Shown here: positions 37,191 to 50,960 of the stretch, one piece after another
How positions within the stretch are numbered: the stretch's first letter is position 1
How the letters are laid out: each line of letters starts with the position of its first letter
Source of the DNA: Vicugna vicugna
Taxonomy: Eukaryota
Direction: 5' to 3'
Assembly: GCA_013265495.1 (NCBI GenBank)
Contig: MU058000.1
Coordinates: 2,666,001 to 2,730,000 of the forward strand
Length of the DNA stretch: 64,000 nucleotides
Notes under the pieces: model-generated
What the model was told of the DNA's origin: nothing
Database searches by the model: none
Seen by the model: the letters and a program-made list of their open reading frames with translations, nothing else
Program-made: the position numbers and the translations under genes

Positions 37191-39689
37191 TTACAAAAAC
37201 CCACACTTCTTGACTTTACTACTCAGTATCTTTACTGCCATACCAGAATGCTGAGGAAAGTTGGGAAAGTGTTAGCAGAAATGAATCAAAAGAGAGCTGG
37301 AGATAAGGACAAAGTCTGCAATGATGGGGAAAGTTAAAAAAAAAATCAAGTACCACATCTAGACTATAGTTCACAAAATTATCCCAAGATGGTTCTAAAT
37401 TTGATAATACTCACATTTCCTTAATATCTTGATAGGATTAACTACAACAGAAGGAAAGTTTAGGAAGGAGTAAGAAAGCACTTGCCTATTCTGTTCAGTT
37501 TAGGGTAATAAATTCCAATTATTTTGAACTGACATTGTTCTGCTCAGCCTAAAGTTGACTTCAAGAACTTCCCTCTCCTCTCTGTTTAAGTACCAAAGAC
37601 AAATGACTATGCCGAATTCTTTGGCATGGTTCCATTTATTTAAAGCTCATCTATGCTTTTCTTTCTCTCTCTGGGGACCCTTTGAAAGAAGAAAATACAC
37701 ATGGACCAAATACTAGGCCTGTGGTGGAGGCAGTGATTTCAGAAGAGAAGTGATCTAAGCCTGAGGTTCAGCTCCTCTGTTTAGCAGCATCTGTAGAGAA
37801 ATTATCCTAAATAGGGATGGATACCGATTTATTGTGTAAACCTGGGAGGGTCGCTGTCCCACCTCCCACCCCCCTCATCTTCCTGCTCCTCTAACCCCAT
37901 AAAATACTGAAGCTATTAATTCAAAGGACACATTCTCAGATCCCGTTTGGTTCTGCCTCTAATCTTGGTCTCATAAATATTTGAAAATTACAGCTAAAGC
38001 CAAATTGTGCTTCTCACATAATGGAACTGCAGACTAGTCTAACAGCACAAAGCTTTAAAGTTCCTGGAGGAGGGAAGTGCGAGATGATGAGATTTGGGGA
38101 CAGTTTATGTGAGCAATTTGTTCTGCACACAGGAGGAATGGCGACTTGATGACAGATTCACTTCTTGGTCCTGAACCTTAATTAACAAGGCCCTCTGAGA
38201 AACACACAGAGAAACAATAGGAAAATTCTTGGAAGCATTTCACAGATTATTCACTTATAATCTTTGGGGATTTATTTTATTATTTTTCTTTCTTTGTGAG
38301 CTGCAGCTTTGTTGCCTTGACATCCACACTCAAGAGTTATTGGTATCAAACGAAGCTATATAAAAAGCTATCAAGCACTTCTCAGATTTTCCACAGTTCA
38401 AAGCAGTGTTGGCAGACAGCCAGTCATGAAAGATGAACTGAGCCCCGATGTGGTGAGTGTGGCCACACGTGCAAAAAGGAGGCATGGGGGTGAGGGAGGA
38501 AAGTCTGGAACCCTCCTCACCGACCTGAGGGTCACACTCCCCCTGCAGGGAGTAAACGGAACTTACAAGGTCCTCCACTAATTACAACAGTAAGAATATC
38601 AGACTCTTAGAGAGGGAATTTATTTTTTAAAGGAAAGAGGAGATCCAGTTATATCAACCAGAAAAAAAAATTAAAAAGGATTTCATGTATGCTGGCCCCA
38701 GATAAAGCAAAGACCTTAAGGTTCAACAACTGACTGAGACCAAAACACCAACAGCCAGGACTCTGTGGTGATAACACTCTCTTAACACAGGCAGAGAATA
38801 GGAATTTCCGAAATTTTATTGTGGCATTCTATAAATCCTGAGTTCTGTTCCAAGCCTAAGTTTCAAATTTACTTTCAGTTTTGTGGTCTGTATTTTCCAA
38901 CCGTAGCTGGCGAATAGGGGTGGAAATGTGAGGTGCAGCTTAGTTCCTTCTCATCTTTCCAAAACACGATTATATTTGGTGTCATTTTAAGGACAGATTG
39001 TAGGCAGTGCTGTTGGTATTTCACAGACGAGGACATGGAAACCCAGAGATGCTCAAGTGTTTGTAGCTAGCAATCAACAGAATTGGAACTCAAGGTTAGA
39101 ATGCTACCGTCCCATCTCATCCTCTTAATCCAGGGATAGCTTCCTCTGCTTAAAAGCATATTCACCTGTAAACACAGGCATCCTACAAAGCTAATGGAGA
39201 GGTTCCGTTGGTGTCCCATGCCTTTTCCCTGCCACTCATCTGTGGACATTTTGTGATGTACACATTGGAAGAGGAGGTTAACACTCTGGGAGTGACCCTC
39301 AACCAGTGTCGAATAAAATTTGGTGGACAGAGCACAGCCTCCTCACCTCTCAGGGGTGCAATTCCAACGGGCATTCAACACAGATGCTCAAAGGGTCCAC
39401 TTTGTACTGAGCCCCAGCTGTCCACAGCAACGACCTCTACTCAAGGATGCAGACTTTTATGGACTGTCTTTCCATGTCTCACATCCCCTCCACCTCACTT
39501 GCAAATATAATATTTGCACCAAAACCAAGCTAAACTTACACTGTTAGCTCGAATATTTCTTGCATAGTACACCAGATAACTGACTCTGAATCCAGTGGTT
39601 CCACAGCCATTAGAAAAAATCTAACCGAACCTGTGGCTTCTGCTCCAAATATATCTCGATCTTCGACTTGCATTGCTACTTCCTTTTTA

Positions 39690-40080
39690 AAGCATTTTAG
39701 TATCATGGTATTTTAAAAACAAAACAAGTTTATTAAAGAATATTTTTAAATAAAGGCAAGGAGAAAAAAATCACCCCCAAATTCTACCAACTAGAAATAA
39801 CCACATGCATTGGTGAATATATATATATACACATACATATTATATACACATATATATATATAATAAAAAAATTAATTTACTGTTTTAAAATTATTTTACT
39901 TAGTATATCATGGACATGCTTCAGTCTTCAAATAATACTTTGTAAAATTGCTTTTAGAACTGTAGACCATTTAACCTACTCTGTTTATGAAACTTAGTCA
40001 GTAATACAGAATATTTTTTTTTCTATTTTCTACTAACATAAGCATCCTTTAAACTTCTGAGATGTTCTTTTTAATGTCCC
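39690..40080 (-). mobile_element. Old L1 (L1ME-like) 3' end
   Basis: aaaatcacccccaaattctaccaactagaaataaccac..tttacttagtatatcatggaca..accatttaaccta. Confidence 0.55.
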
Positions 40081-40860
40081 AACTAGAAGTTAATAATAGC
40101 ATCACGAAGTCTCTTTACAACTCAGCATTATATCCTTACAATATTGGCTAATTTGCTAGTGACAATTGGATTTAACCACTTTCAGACATAATGCTTCTTA
40201 CCCAGTGATCTCGCCTTTATACGGTTATTGTAAGTGTAGCAGTCTCCTTCCTTGAGAATGAGAAAATCTTTGCTGTGAACTTTTCAACTTACATTTCTTT
40301 GTGGTTGAAAACTATCCCCAACAGCTGTCTGAGAATTTCAGTCAATTCCACCCTAAGCAGCTGTTCGGTCTTGGTGGCTATTGGGGGAGCAAGAATGTGC
40401 CAAGGGATTGACGCAGGAAAGAGAGAGGACTTTCTGAGGTGCTGGGAATCGAACTTCAACAAGATATTTCCTTGTGGGTTTTTTAATGGGTGGGAGAAAG
40501 ACTTTCAACATGTAACCTTCCCATAATATCTAAATCTACAATATCCTGTCTGTCTCCGGGTTTAAAAGCAAAGCTCCTTAAAAGAATGCAGTGGAGCTGT
40601 ATGTGAATCTGGCTGTATTTGATCTCTGATTTCCCCTATCAGGAATATTGCACTGTGATTCTCGTAGTTCTTGGAGGGTTATGAGCCTAGTATCCGCCAG
40701 GAAAACTTGAGTTTTTTTTTTTAGGGGTTTTCACATTTCTTACCAAATCAGTTCCACTCAGAAATTTAGAGGGGAAAAAAAAATCTCTCTTCTTTTCATC
40801 TGTGCAGCTTGGAATCAGATTCCAGCTAACCACGATGTCAGAAGAGAGTTGTTTTAGTGT

Positions 40861-41040
40861 AAAGGAAGGAAAATGAGGAAAAGAGAAAGGGAAGGAGGGA
40901 GAAAAGGAGAGAGGGAGAAGAAGAAGATGGAGAGAGAGCAGAGGAAAGGAAGGAAGGAAATACGGAAGGGAGAAAGGAAATACGGAGGAAGGGAGGGAGG
41001 GAAAAAGGGTGAGAGGGAAGAAGGAGGAAAGAAAAAAGGG
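40861..41040 (+). repeat. Polypurine (GA-rich) low-complexity tract
   Basis: Directly visible; explains ORFs 40854-41090 and 40873-41109. Confidence 0.92.
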
Positions 41041-42109
41041 GTGATATTTAGTGGCAGGCTGGTTACACTACCGTGTACTTTGAATACCAAAGCATTCCAC
41101 TGGGAGTAATTTCTAACGTCACTTACCTCACTGAATGTTAAATATTTTTAGTGGAAAGAAAGGAGGTTTATAAGAGCTATGACTATTTTCATAAAGTCTG
41201 CTATCCTCCCATAACTGGCAGTTTCTAGAGGTGCCATGGTGTGCCTGATTTGCGTCCAATTTGGGCTGATAGGATTGCTCCCTAGACTGATTCAGCTGCA
41301 CGAGTTTCTGCTGACATTGTCCAGTGTCTTCTACTTGTGCTGGACAAATGAAGACTGAAAAATATACTTTCTGACGTAGCTCATTATGACACCTCTTCCC
41401 GCTGGATCCATGGCTCTGGACAGATAAAACAAATCAGTTCAACTGCCATTCCACATAGCAGCTATCGTTTTCAGAGTACGTCTCCTCACTGTTGGCTTTC
41501 CATTTTTTCTCCATATTTTCTCCCCCATCACTCAGTCCAGTCCTGGTGTCAGCTCTCCCACTGCCTTGATCAAAGGCAGCCCAGTAGCATGACTACGGTT
41601 GTCATGGTGTCCATAAACACACGTTTGCCCTAGGAAGGTACTTCCAGCCAATATACTGATTCAGGGTTTGTCAGATAGCCGCCATTAGCACTTGTATGAA
41701 ACTGAGGTTAAGTGGATGACTCATGCGAACTTTCGATAATGAGTCTTGATCCCCACCTTTCTATACCCCAAGTGAAGTTGAATTATGGGCAAATTGAAGG
41801 ATATGAGATGAAGGGGCTTAAGAAATATGGATCTTTTCTCTACCCTTAAAATGATTCCCAAGCAAGTGATTATTCTACCAACAAGTGCAGGAAAACCTAT
41901 AATGGATATGAGCAGCCCTAGGACTCATCAACTGGTAGAAACACAGAATCAAAGCAATGCTAAAAATACCTATAATTTAGGGGATGTCTACTTTGTGCCA
42001 GCATTTGAAATGCATGGAATTATATTATTCATTTTACAGACAGTTATTGCAGAATTACTATGTATTATATAATTTCAACACACTGGAACCATAGCTGTAA
42101 AAAAACTCC

Positions 42110-42260
42110 TAAATAGGAAAGTATGGTTATTATACCCATTTTACAGAGCAATAAATTGAGGATCAGAAACGTAGGTTGCTTGTCTCATGTTAATTAGTTG
42201 GTAAGTATCAGTCAGAAGAAACTAAAGCAATCTAACAGTTTCTTTAGCATGCACCCTGAT
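42110..42260 (-). mobile_element. MIR SINE
   Basis: tattatacccattttacagagcaataaattgaggatcagaa. Confidence 0.75.
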
Positions 42261-44390
42261 GCGTCTACATTCAGAATGCAAGAATCGGTTTCTACGTGTA
42301 TTTTAAATTCTGCTCCTATATCAAATTTGAGACACGGAGGGAATCAATGCTACATCTCCCTTCCTTTCCCTCTTCTTCTTTTCCCTTTCCTTCCTGCTTT
42401 TTCCTATCACAGTCTTCTTTTCTGTTTAATCTTCCAGACATTTTCCTCACAGTGAAAGAGGCAGTATTGGCTATTTTCTTTAAGGAGCATGAAAAAGGGA
42501 GAATTAGGGTGCAGGAAATCTTTGTATTTTCTTTTAGCCTCTATGTCAAAGTCTTCATTTTTAAAATGCCTTTATTTTCAGCAAAATATATATAAAGTTA
42601 CATTAGTTGAAAAGAATATGAAAGTATTAGGAGAAAGAAAGAGCATCATTCTAGTTCGCAAAATTGCAAATCATTACAAGTCAATTAGGTAGGAATGCAT
42701 GGTGTATAAATTGGTTTTTTGGGGTAAAGAATTAGGGGAATTTCATAATTCTGCAGATTAAATAAGTATTTTGATTTTGCTGAAGTGTTATTATCTTCAC
42801 CAAAGAAGACATTTATTTTTTCAAGAAGATATGACAAAACACTCCAGTATTCTAAGCAACTGAGACAAATATCTTATACATCACATAAATCAAGAAAAAT
42901 GTTTATAGTCTCTGAGACATTCTGTTATAGTTTCTCTCTTGAATGATAAGCTTCTAGGAGAGTGTTAGATTTGGACTACAAAACCAGGAATGCTCTTTGT
43001 TTTGGTTAGACAGTTACTGTCTTTGAAATAGAATGTGCTTTCCATTCTAGGAACTGTTTTTAAATGATTTCTTAGAAAATGTAATAAATGGTTCTTCTCA
43101 AGATGTAGAAATGTGCTTCAGAAGAACCGGGCTGGAGGACGAGATATGCAGAAAATAAAAGGCAGTGCTTCAATGTCGTGACTTCAAAACGGGGAGGTGA
43201 GGATGTCACAGATATGGGGTTACTGTTTGTTTTTATTTTTCTAAATTTAGGTGTGAGCTCTGTAAACTTGGTTTCCTTTATAAATCCTGTTCTTGTTCTT
43301 TTTGTGCAGTTGTTTTTTAAGATCGATAAATAAAAATGACTTACATGCCTTTGCTTCATATGACTATTTAATAAAAAAGTAGAATCAAAATAAGTTGCAT
43401 GTAAACACACACTCACACACACTTCTGTCTCCCGGGTTAATCAAGAAACTATGCTGTAAGTCTTCACTATGTCCATGCAGACTCTGTTGTAGATGTGATG
43501 TGGAGCAATGATGCACTCAGCATGTCAGGTTACATTTTAGGCACACACAGAGCATGTAATGGACCACAGGGTACATTTCACTTGGAATCACAGGAAAGTG
43601 ACAAGAATGCAAAGAGGTTTTTTTGTTTTTTTTTTCACTTAACTTAGTTAGCGCTGGACCATACCCTGAAAGGTTGCTGCTGTGTCATGGGCTTGATTTC
43701 AACTTCTTTTTAAAATTTTGTTCAATTATTTGAAGCTGTGAAATTCAGTAGTTAAAAGGACAAACTTTGAAATCAGTTATACACATCTACACATTTGAAA
43801 TTTTCTCTTATAATGGGAATCTACATGTCTTGGTCAGCTTCTCAATAATTAATTTAAGCCCTCTAATTTAATTATTAATGGATTCAAATGAATTAATAAA
43901 TATCAAACATCGATTACACAGATATCATCTGGAAACTCCCTTCACTTTTTGAGATTTTAGTTAACTTGGTTCAAGCTCATAATTTTATCATCTGTGAGAA
44001 TGAAGAAATCATTGCATGATCCCAGATCATCTCTGATAGCTTACTTCCTTATAAATCTTGCCTTTCCAGCTGCTTTATTCTTATGTGCGCTCTCAGATTT
44101 GTTATTGGTCAAATGGGTACCAAGCTCATTTGCTTCTGCACACACAATCCTACTTACAAAATTCTCAGTGAATTTAATAACAAATTGCATATCTTACAGC
44201 ATTTTGCCAGCTCTTGTATCTATAACCATGCTCTTACATTTTGGCAACAGCAGACACATCATTTTTCCTGTCTCAGGAAATACAATTTCACTCGCTGCAT
44301 AGGAAAGCTCCTCAGCCTTTCAGTTTCAGCTCCAAGTTCTTTTAATTAGGAATTTTCTTAAAAATTTTAATAGATTATCTAAGAAGAGTT

Positions 44391-44906
44391 TGTTACCCCA
44401 GAAAGGGGGAAAAGCCTTGGTTCTTGTCTTACCTGAAAGAGAAGAATTCAGACAGGAGACAAAAGCATTGTGTAGCTAGAAGTTTTATTAGTAAAGCAAA
44501 AGCACATCTCCAAGAGTGGAAGGCAGGCTGATCCAAGAGCGGGCAGCCATGGTCTTTGTCCCTTTCTCTTATACCCTCTTTGAGAGGCAGTCTCTTGATT
44601 GAAAGATGGCTCCTGTTGCTGGGGTGCTTAGTCCTGCCCGTCCCCTTTGCACATGTCTTTAACCATGATGCACACAGAAAAACCCATGAGGGAGGACAAA
44701 ACCTGCAGCACTGGGTCATGTCAAGTTATGTCCTTGTCATAATGTAGAGTCATGGCCTGTGGGTTCTAACTGATTTCTTGCTGCCCCTCATGTAGAGGAA
44801 ATAAAGCCCCTTTATGCTGAAAGTGGACATGCCGCCATCTTCCAGACCACCGTTCCTCTCCTCCACCTTATCTGTCCGGTACCCCCACTTACCTAATTAC
44901 CTAACA
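44391..44906 (-). mobile_element. Complete solo LTR, ERV1 class
   Basis: Termini TGTTA..TAACA, perfect 4-bp TSD agtt (44387-44390 / 44907-44910), minus-strand AATAAA (~44484) and TATAA (~44570). Confidence 0.9.
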
Positions 44907-46989
44907 AGTTCATTTTACTGGACAAATAAAATGTGCTGTAAATTGTTTGCATTATAAATACTTTAATATTTGTTGAGCTGGGAGAAACGATTTTTGCTCA
45001 TCATGGAGAATACTTAAATGTGGGAATCACAAACTTGATGTGCTTGCTCGTGTTCTCCTTGCTCTTGAGTGGCGGCCCACAGAGGGTCTGTCTCCCGCTC
45101 TGCTGACTTTGTGTTCCGGGTATCCCTGCTGGGGACCTGGTCCTGCTTCAGACACCACAGAGAGAGCCTGTGGTTGGCAAGGGGTATCTCACCTTGGTGG
45201 CTAAGCTGCCCACTTCTGAGGTTTAAGTTTAGGAGTTCCATTTTGATCAGTTGAAATGTTGGTATCTTTATGCCTTACTCTCTGTTGGTTTTTATTTAGT
45301 TCAGAAACTGAGCAGGATATACTGATCCAATTTAGAGGGCAAACCCCCGCAATATTGTTGTTAATATTTGACAACACGTTATCTTTCATTTTTCAGGCTT
45401 AATGGCTTCTGACTCCAAGATACTTTTGTCTTTCATTTGAGATGTGTTGTAAACAGGCATTGGCTCAGAGAGAGCCAGGATAATTTTCCAGCTCTGCTTA
45501 GTGGATTTTTGCACAAATCTAGAGAGCGAGGCTGCCTTTCTTCAATATGAAACAAAGACCTGCTATATATCACTCTCGGCTGGCCTCAGCTGCAATATTT
45601 CCAGGTCACCTATGTCAATTTTTTATAAGTGGTTGTTTTTAATAGAATTTTTGAGATGTGAATTTATGCCAACAGAGAACACTTTTTATTACACTTACAG
45701 GCATCATATGTACCCACAGCACGCATATACCACCACCCTGCCAGACGTGCTGGTATTTGAGTTATGTGTCTTTTTGGGTTTTCACCCATGATCTTCTGTG
45801 TCAATTGGTATAATTAATTGTTTAGCATATTTTGAAGGATCGATACAGGTTTACTGGTGATGGAAACATTCATGTGATGGTATAAGATAAAACAGAGAAA
45901 ATAATTTGGTATAGAATGGAAATTATGGCACTAAAATGAGAAGGGAGTTTGAATGCAAACGCCATGTGTCAGCTGCTTGGGACCCGGGTTTTAGCCACAC
46001 TGTGGGAGTGCTGCAGCTCTCAAAGTGAGTGGAAGGCAGCAGCCAGAGCCAGGCAGCAGATCGGGGTCCCAGCTAAATAGTCTGAGCTGCAGAACATTGT
46101 ACTTGTCCTTGCAGACTGATGCAGAGCTGACCATCATTCACAGCATCAGAAGTTGAGTCATACAATGAGCTACCCTGGTCCACAACATCCAGAGGTAAGT
46201 GTAGGTACATACAACATAGGGCTCAGAGCTATACTTTGGGCACACATAGTACCGGTTTCATTGCCATAATTCCCACACTCTCCTGGCTGGTAGCTAGGAC
46301 CCTCTGACACATTCACCTGCCTAGAAAGACTTGTCCTCAGGATCTGCAAGCTGAAAATTTTGTGTTCGTGCTTACACCTAAGAAGGAAAATGGACCTTAC
46401 TATTTGATAAGGACTTGGTGAGAGTGTCCTTACAGAAATCATGAATTACTGAGAAACTGTTTGCAATTTCATTAAATAATTAGTCCTTTAATGTGAATGA
46501 ATACCATTCAGTGCATTGAATTCTGGAGACAAACTAATTATGGGTAAATAAATAAAACTGTAACAGTTAGGAAAAGATGGACATGAAATAATTTCCTAAA
46601 CGGAAAAGCAGTCCAAGCAGATCACAATTATAAACATGGCTTTATAAAGGTTTAAAAGTAACCACTCAAAGTATCATGAAGTTAAAAGGTAACAGATAAG
46701 ACACATCGGATCAGCACTGATAACCTGGACTAAAATCCTAGCAGACACGGATAAGTGAATGATCTGGCAATTCACAGAACAAAATTACATGGCTCCAGAG
46801 GTGAAAATTCCAGGTTGACCAGTGGTCAAGGACAGGGCATTAAAATGACAAAACACGTGCATTTTCCTACCGAAATGGCAAAATTTTATGAAGCTTGCAC
46901 TTCCATATGGGTGGGTCAGGAAATGGGTTCAATTTTCGGCACTGCAGTTCACCAGTCCCTATCAAGAGTGTTAATAAATTCATGAACTT

Positions 46990-47890
46990 GCTCTCACTCT
47001 TTCTTGGATGTCTTATAGGAATTTCAAGCATACAAATCTGAGATTGACCTCGTTCCCTGTATTACGCATACATATTTAAAAATACTCCTTATGCCAATAA
47101 ATGGCAGGGTAAATCTTCAAGTTATTCACGCCTCCTAATCCAGAGGCAAATCCTGTATCTCATATCTGTTGTGACAATATTTTTCCCCCCGAATGTTACC
47201 ACCGTCATCCAGGCAACACCATCTAGCACCATCACCTGGGTACCTAATCAACCATTTAACTGGGTTCCTTTTTTCCACTGAGATCCTCTTACGGTCTATT
47301 TCTAACTAGCAACAGACCAATCCTTTAAAAATTCAAACCGGGTCACGCGATTTCCATGTTCAAGATCTGTCAGTGGTTTTTATATCACGATTAGCATGAA
47401 ATCCCAGGTCTTACCTTAACCTGTAAGGCTTTACAAGACTCAATTCTTACTGCCCTGTGGACCCCATCTTCCTTTTACCCCCTTGCTCATTACAGTCTGG
47501 CCCCAGTGGTCTTACAACTTTTAAGCATGACATTGGGGCAGTTTTTAATTTTTCTTCTCTCCGTCTGGAGCACTTTCCCCCTCTATACACTCTTACCCTG
47601 CTCTCACAATATATTCACATTCCAGATCAAAAACACCGTCCACAGACAGGCACACCTGTCCTGCTCTGTCCACTCAGTCTGCATCCCCAGATAAACCACC
47701 TCTTGGAAACACCCATTTCAGGCGTTCAGCTGTTTTCAGTTCTTTCCTGGAACGCATCATAATCTTACCTTGTAATATGTGTCCCAGTTTATTTCATTAT
47801 TGTCTGTCTCTCTGGCCGGAACCTAAGACCAGTGAAGGCAGGTATATTTTTGTCTTTTCTATACATTTAGGTGGTAAATGAATTAGTTAA
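46990..47890 (+). mobile_element. L2 3' region
   Basis: caatcctttaaaaattcaaaccgggtcac..tgtcagtggttt..gaaatcccaggtcttaccttaacctgtaaggctt..tgtctgtctctc..gtgaaggcagg. Confidence 0.75.
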
Positions 47891-47997
47891 TAGGAAAATA
47901 TTAGAATTAACCTAAATAAGCAGCAATAAAAATGATTAAATTGAATGAACTGTTACAAATTATATTTTCAAAAATATTTACTACTCTCAATAGCAAA

Positions 47998-48078
47998 TAG
48001 AGCATCCCCAAATCAACTACCTCTTGGAAACACCTGTTTCAGGCTCTGTTTTCTAGGGAGATCTTGGGCTGAGAGACA
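47998..48078 (+). mobile_element. LTR16-like LTR 3' terminal fragment
   Basis: gagcatccccaaatcaactac..cctgtttcaggctctgttttctaggg..gagaca. Confidence 0.55.
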
Positions 48079-50639
48079 CTGTGACTAACGCAGCAGTCTA
48101 CACCATATATACATAGGTCATGTCTATATACACACAGACATGCACACACGTATGCTTTTCACTCCATACCAAAGTGTCTGCTGCATACAATTAGTAAAGA
48201 AATTGTAACTGAGAATTTTTCAGTGTGTTTCTGCTTATTTATGGAAGCAATTTTTAACATATCCGCCATCCTCACCCACCATCCCCCCCTTCAACCCCAT
48301 CATCTTCACACGAACGGGAACAGATGTGCCTCAGTGCACGCTGGGCAATCCATCAGTAAAAGTTTCCCGTGTGCTTCCTGACAGGTCTCAAAAAGGTTCA
48401 TAATAGCATTTCCCTGAGGCCAACAACACTATTAGTCCCAAGTAATAAAACCTTTTAGGGAAAGGGAAATAGAAAAAAAAAAAGAAACCTTCATATTCTC
48501 TGTACATTTTCGAAACTGAGTAAATTTAAGCTTCAGTGTCTAGACTTAGAGAATAAATTCCTAGCTTAATTCCCATAGCAAAGCCATAGGCAAACAGGTG
48601 CTGGAAAGAATTCTAATCCTTCTTTTCCATAACCTGGTCTACAGAAGCCCTGGCCTGTGAGTAGGATCTGCACCAAGCCTGGGCAGGCGGGCCGTCTTCC
48701 TCCGCAGGGCAGCTGGGACTTTCCTCTGACGCAGGCTGACTTCCGAGGACAGAAGTTTGAAGCGTTTCTTGCTAGAGAAACAATTGAGCAAGTGTACCAG
48801 GCTGAGCATCCCTGCCTGATCAGATGTACACAAGCTTTATAAACACACCCCAGTGTAAACTCTTAGAAAGATAAAGTAAGAGGTAACGTATCAGCATGAA
48901 AGAAGTTTATTCATTGAAAATACCTATAATTTTGATTTTTCCCTTTTATAAGTTAGTTTCCACGGACGGTGGTTTCACAGAGAGGAAGCAGAGAAATGGA
49001 AGTATCGGCAAGAGGAATCTGTTCTTGGCTCATTGCCAAGCGAGCCCCGCAATGGGAACTCCCAGAGAGGAGGCGAGAAAGCCTGCTCCCTCGAGACTTC
49101 CAAGAGAAGCTTTGCATCTGAAAGAGGTCTGAGTTTGCAGGAGATGCCAATTAATAGTGCTGCTCCAGTAGCCTAGTGTGAGCCTCATCTGAGGTTTGCC
49201 CGGGTCTCTGCGAAAATGCATCTTGTACTACAGATGAGGGTAAACACAAAAGGCCGTATGCTGCCTCCCTTCTTAATTCTGATTAACATTTACAGGAAAG
49301 TCAAACAGAAAACCGTGGGCCGGGAAAGGCTGCTCACTTGCAAAGAGGCATTACTTTTCCAGGCCTGTGGGTTGAATCATGCAGCTTAAAGTCCCAGGTG
49401 CCAACCTCCCTGACACGCCATCCCCGCCCACACCACACACAGGGGTTCAGCCTAGAGCCATTTTATGAATCTATCTGACTTTCTAAAGAGGTTGGTTTAG
49501 GGGTGCACTCATGTACCCGATGTGAAACCTACATATGAGACCTTGAAGGTCAGCCAGGACAATAGTCACATCTGTCCACAAGATGGCCCAAAGATTATCT
49601 ACATAGCGCACTCCTTGGCCACAGATTTTACGTGCTGGCTTGGGAAGTCTGCTTCAATCGGCAAAGCAGTTAATCTAACTCATCTTTGCTCACATTTGTT
49701 TACCTATTTTTTTTAACCTCCCTGACCACAAAATTCCCAAGATATAAAGTACAGCCTGCATTCCAGGTTCTACTTGCTAGTCCCTTCCATCCACTGATTT
49801 TTCTTAATGTGCCCTGGTTTTGTTATCCTTCTGTCCATGTAGGGGATTTTTATGCACTGAGAAGATGGGCATTAAAATGCAACATCAGAAACATGTTTAT
49901 AGCCATAAATTCTCCTTTGAAATTCCTATTACTTCTTGCTAAAATACCACTGCACATTTTAAATGTTGTTTTCTCTGTTTCCAAATTGTCATGTATTCAA
50001 CAACTTAGCGCTACCAGTTACAAACGTTATTGAAAAGTTGCCAAAGAATAGTTATTAGAGTCCCCAGTTTTTCATCATTTGTAACTTTATGAATAAAAAA
50101 TGTTGGGTTTTTTCCCCCTGGCAAAAACGTTTGTTTTCTGACCCAAAGTCATTTGGAGTAGGGAAATGGGAGCGTGTCAACAGAGATAAGTGAATGTGTT
50201 CAATTGTTTAGTCACCGTATTAAGAAAACAAACATTTTCCCCGCTTTTTTACACGCAAGCCTGGTTGTTCATTATGTCCATGATTTTGAATAGGATTATT
50301 CTCCCCAATTAGGAAAAGATATAGAACAACAGATTGGATGCCTCAATATTTTATGGAGGAAAATTTAATATTTAGAAGTAGCACAAGATGGAGATTTTAT
50401 AGTTTTGGTTTTTATTGTTTTTCCTTTTTTAACCTATAACTGCAGTTGACTGGGGGAGGTGTCAAAACCATAATCTGTTCCATTATTAGCATGCTTCATT
50501 ACTTTGAACTCTGTTATATAGGCCATAACAATAAAAAAAAAAAACTAAGAACACACATGTTGTAGTATATGCTTTACTCAAGCTAACAAACTATACTGGA
50601 AATTTGCTGATTTTCTTTCCGACATACATTATCTTGTTT

Positions 50640-50960
50640 TCTTAAGCCAGGCACCAATTTCTGTCCAGCATCTACTCACAACTCCCACCCCATTCTCAAT
50701 CTTGCCGACAATACTACCACTGTTTCTTTATCCGAAGCTGAGGACTGTGATTTAAGTCAGAGTGGTCCAGCCTCCTGGCCACAGGTCTGGTTCAAGGACA
50801 GATGCATAACCTAAGATAAGCAGACAGAGTCAACAAGACTTGATCTGGGGACCTTTCTTTGAGCCACACAGTGGCAATCAAGTCCTTTTCACTACATGTG
50901 ATGTTGTAATGATATGAGCCTGAAGGTTCTAGGAACTTAATGTTGAGTCTGAAAATGGCT
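50640..50960 (+). mobile_element. Old MLT1 (J/K-like) MaLR LTR fragment
   Basis: cctcctggccacaggtctggttcaaggacagatgcataacctaag. Confidence 0.6.

Noticed and set aside
40854..41109. Lys/Glu/Arg-rich and Pro/Phe/Ser-rich ORFs
   Set aside because: Translations of a polypurine tract.
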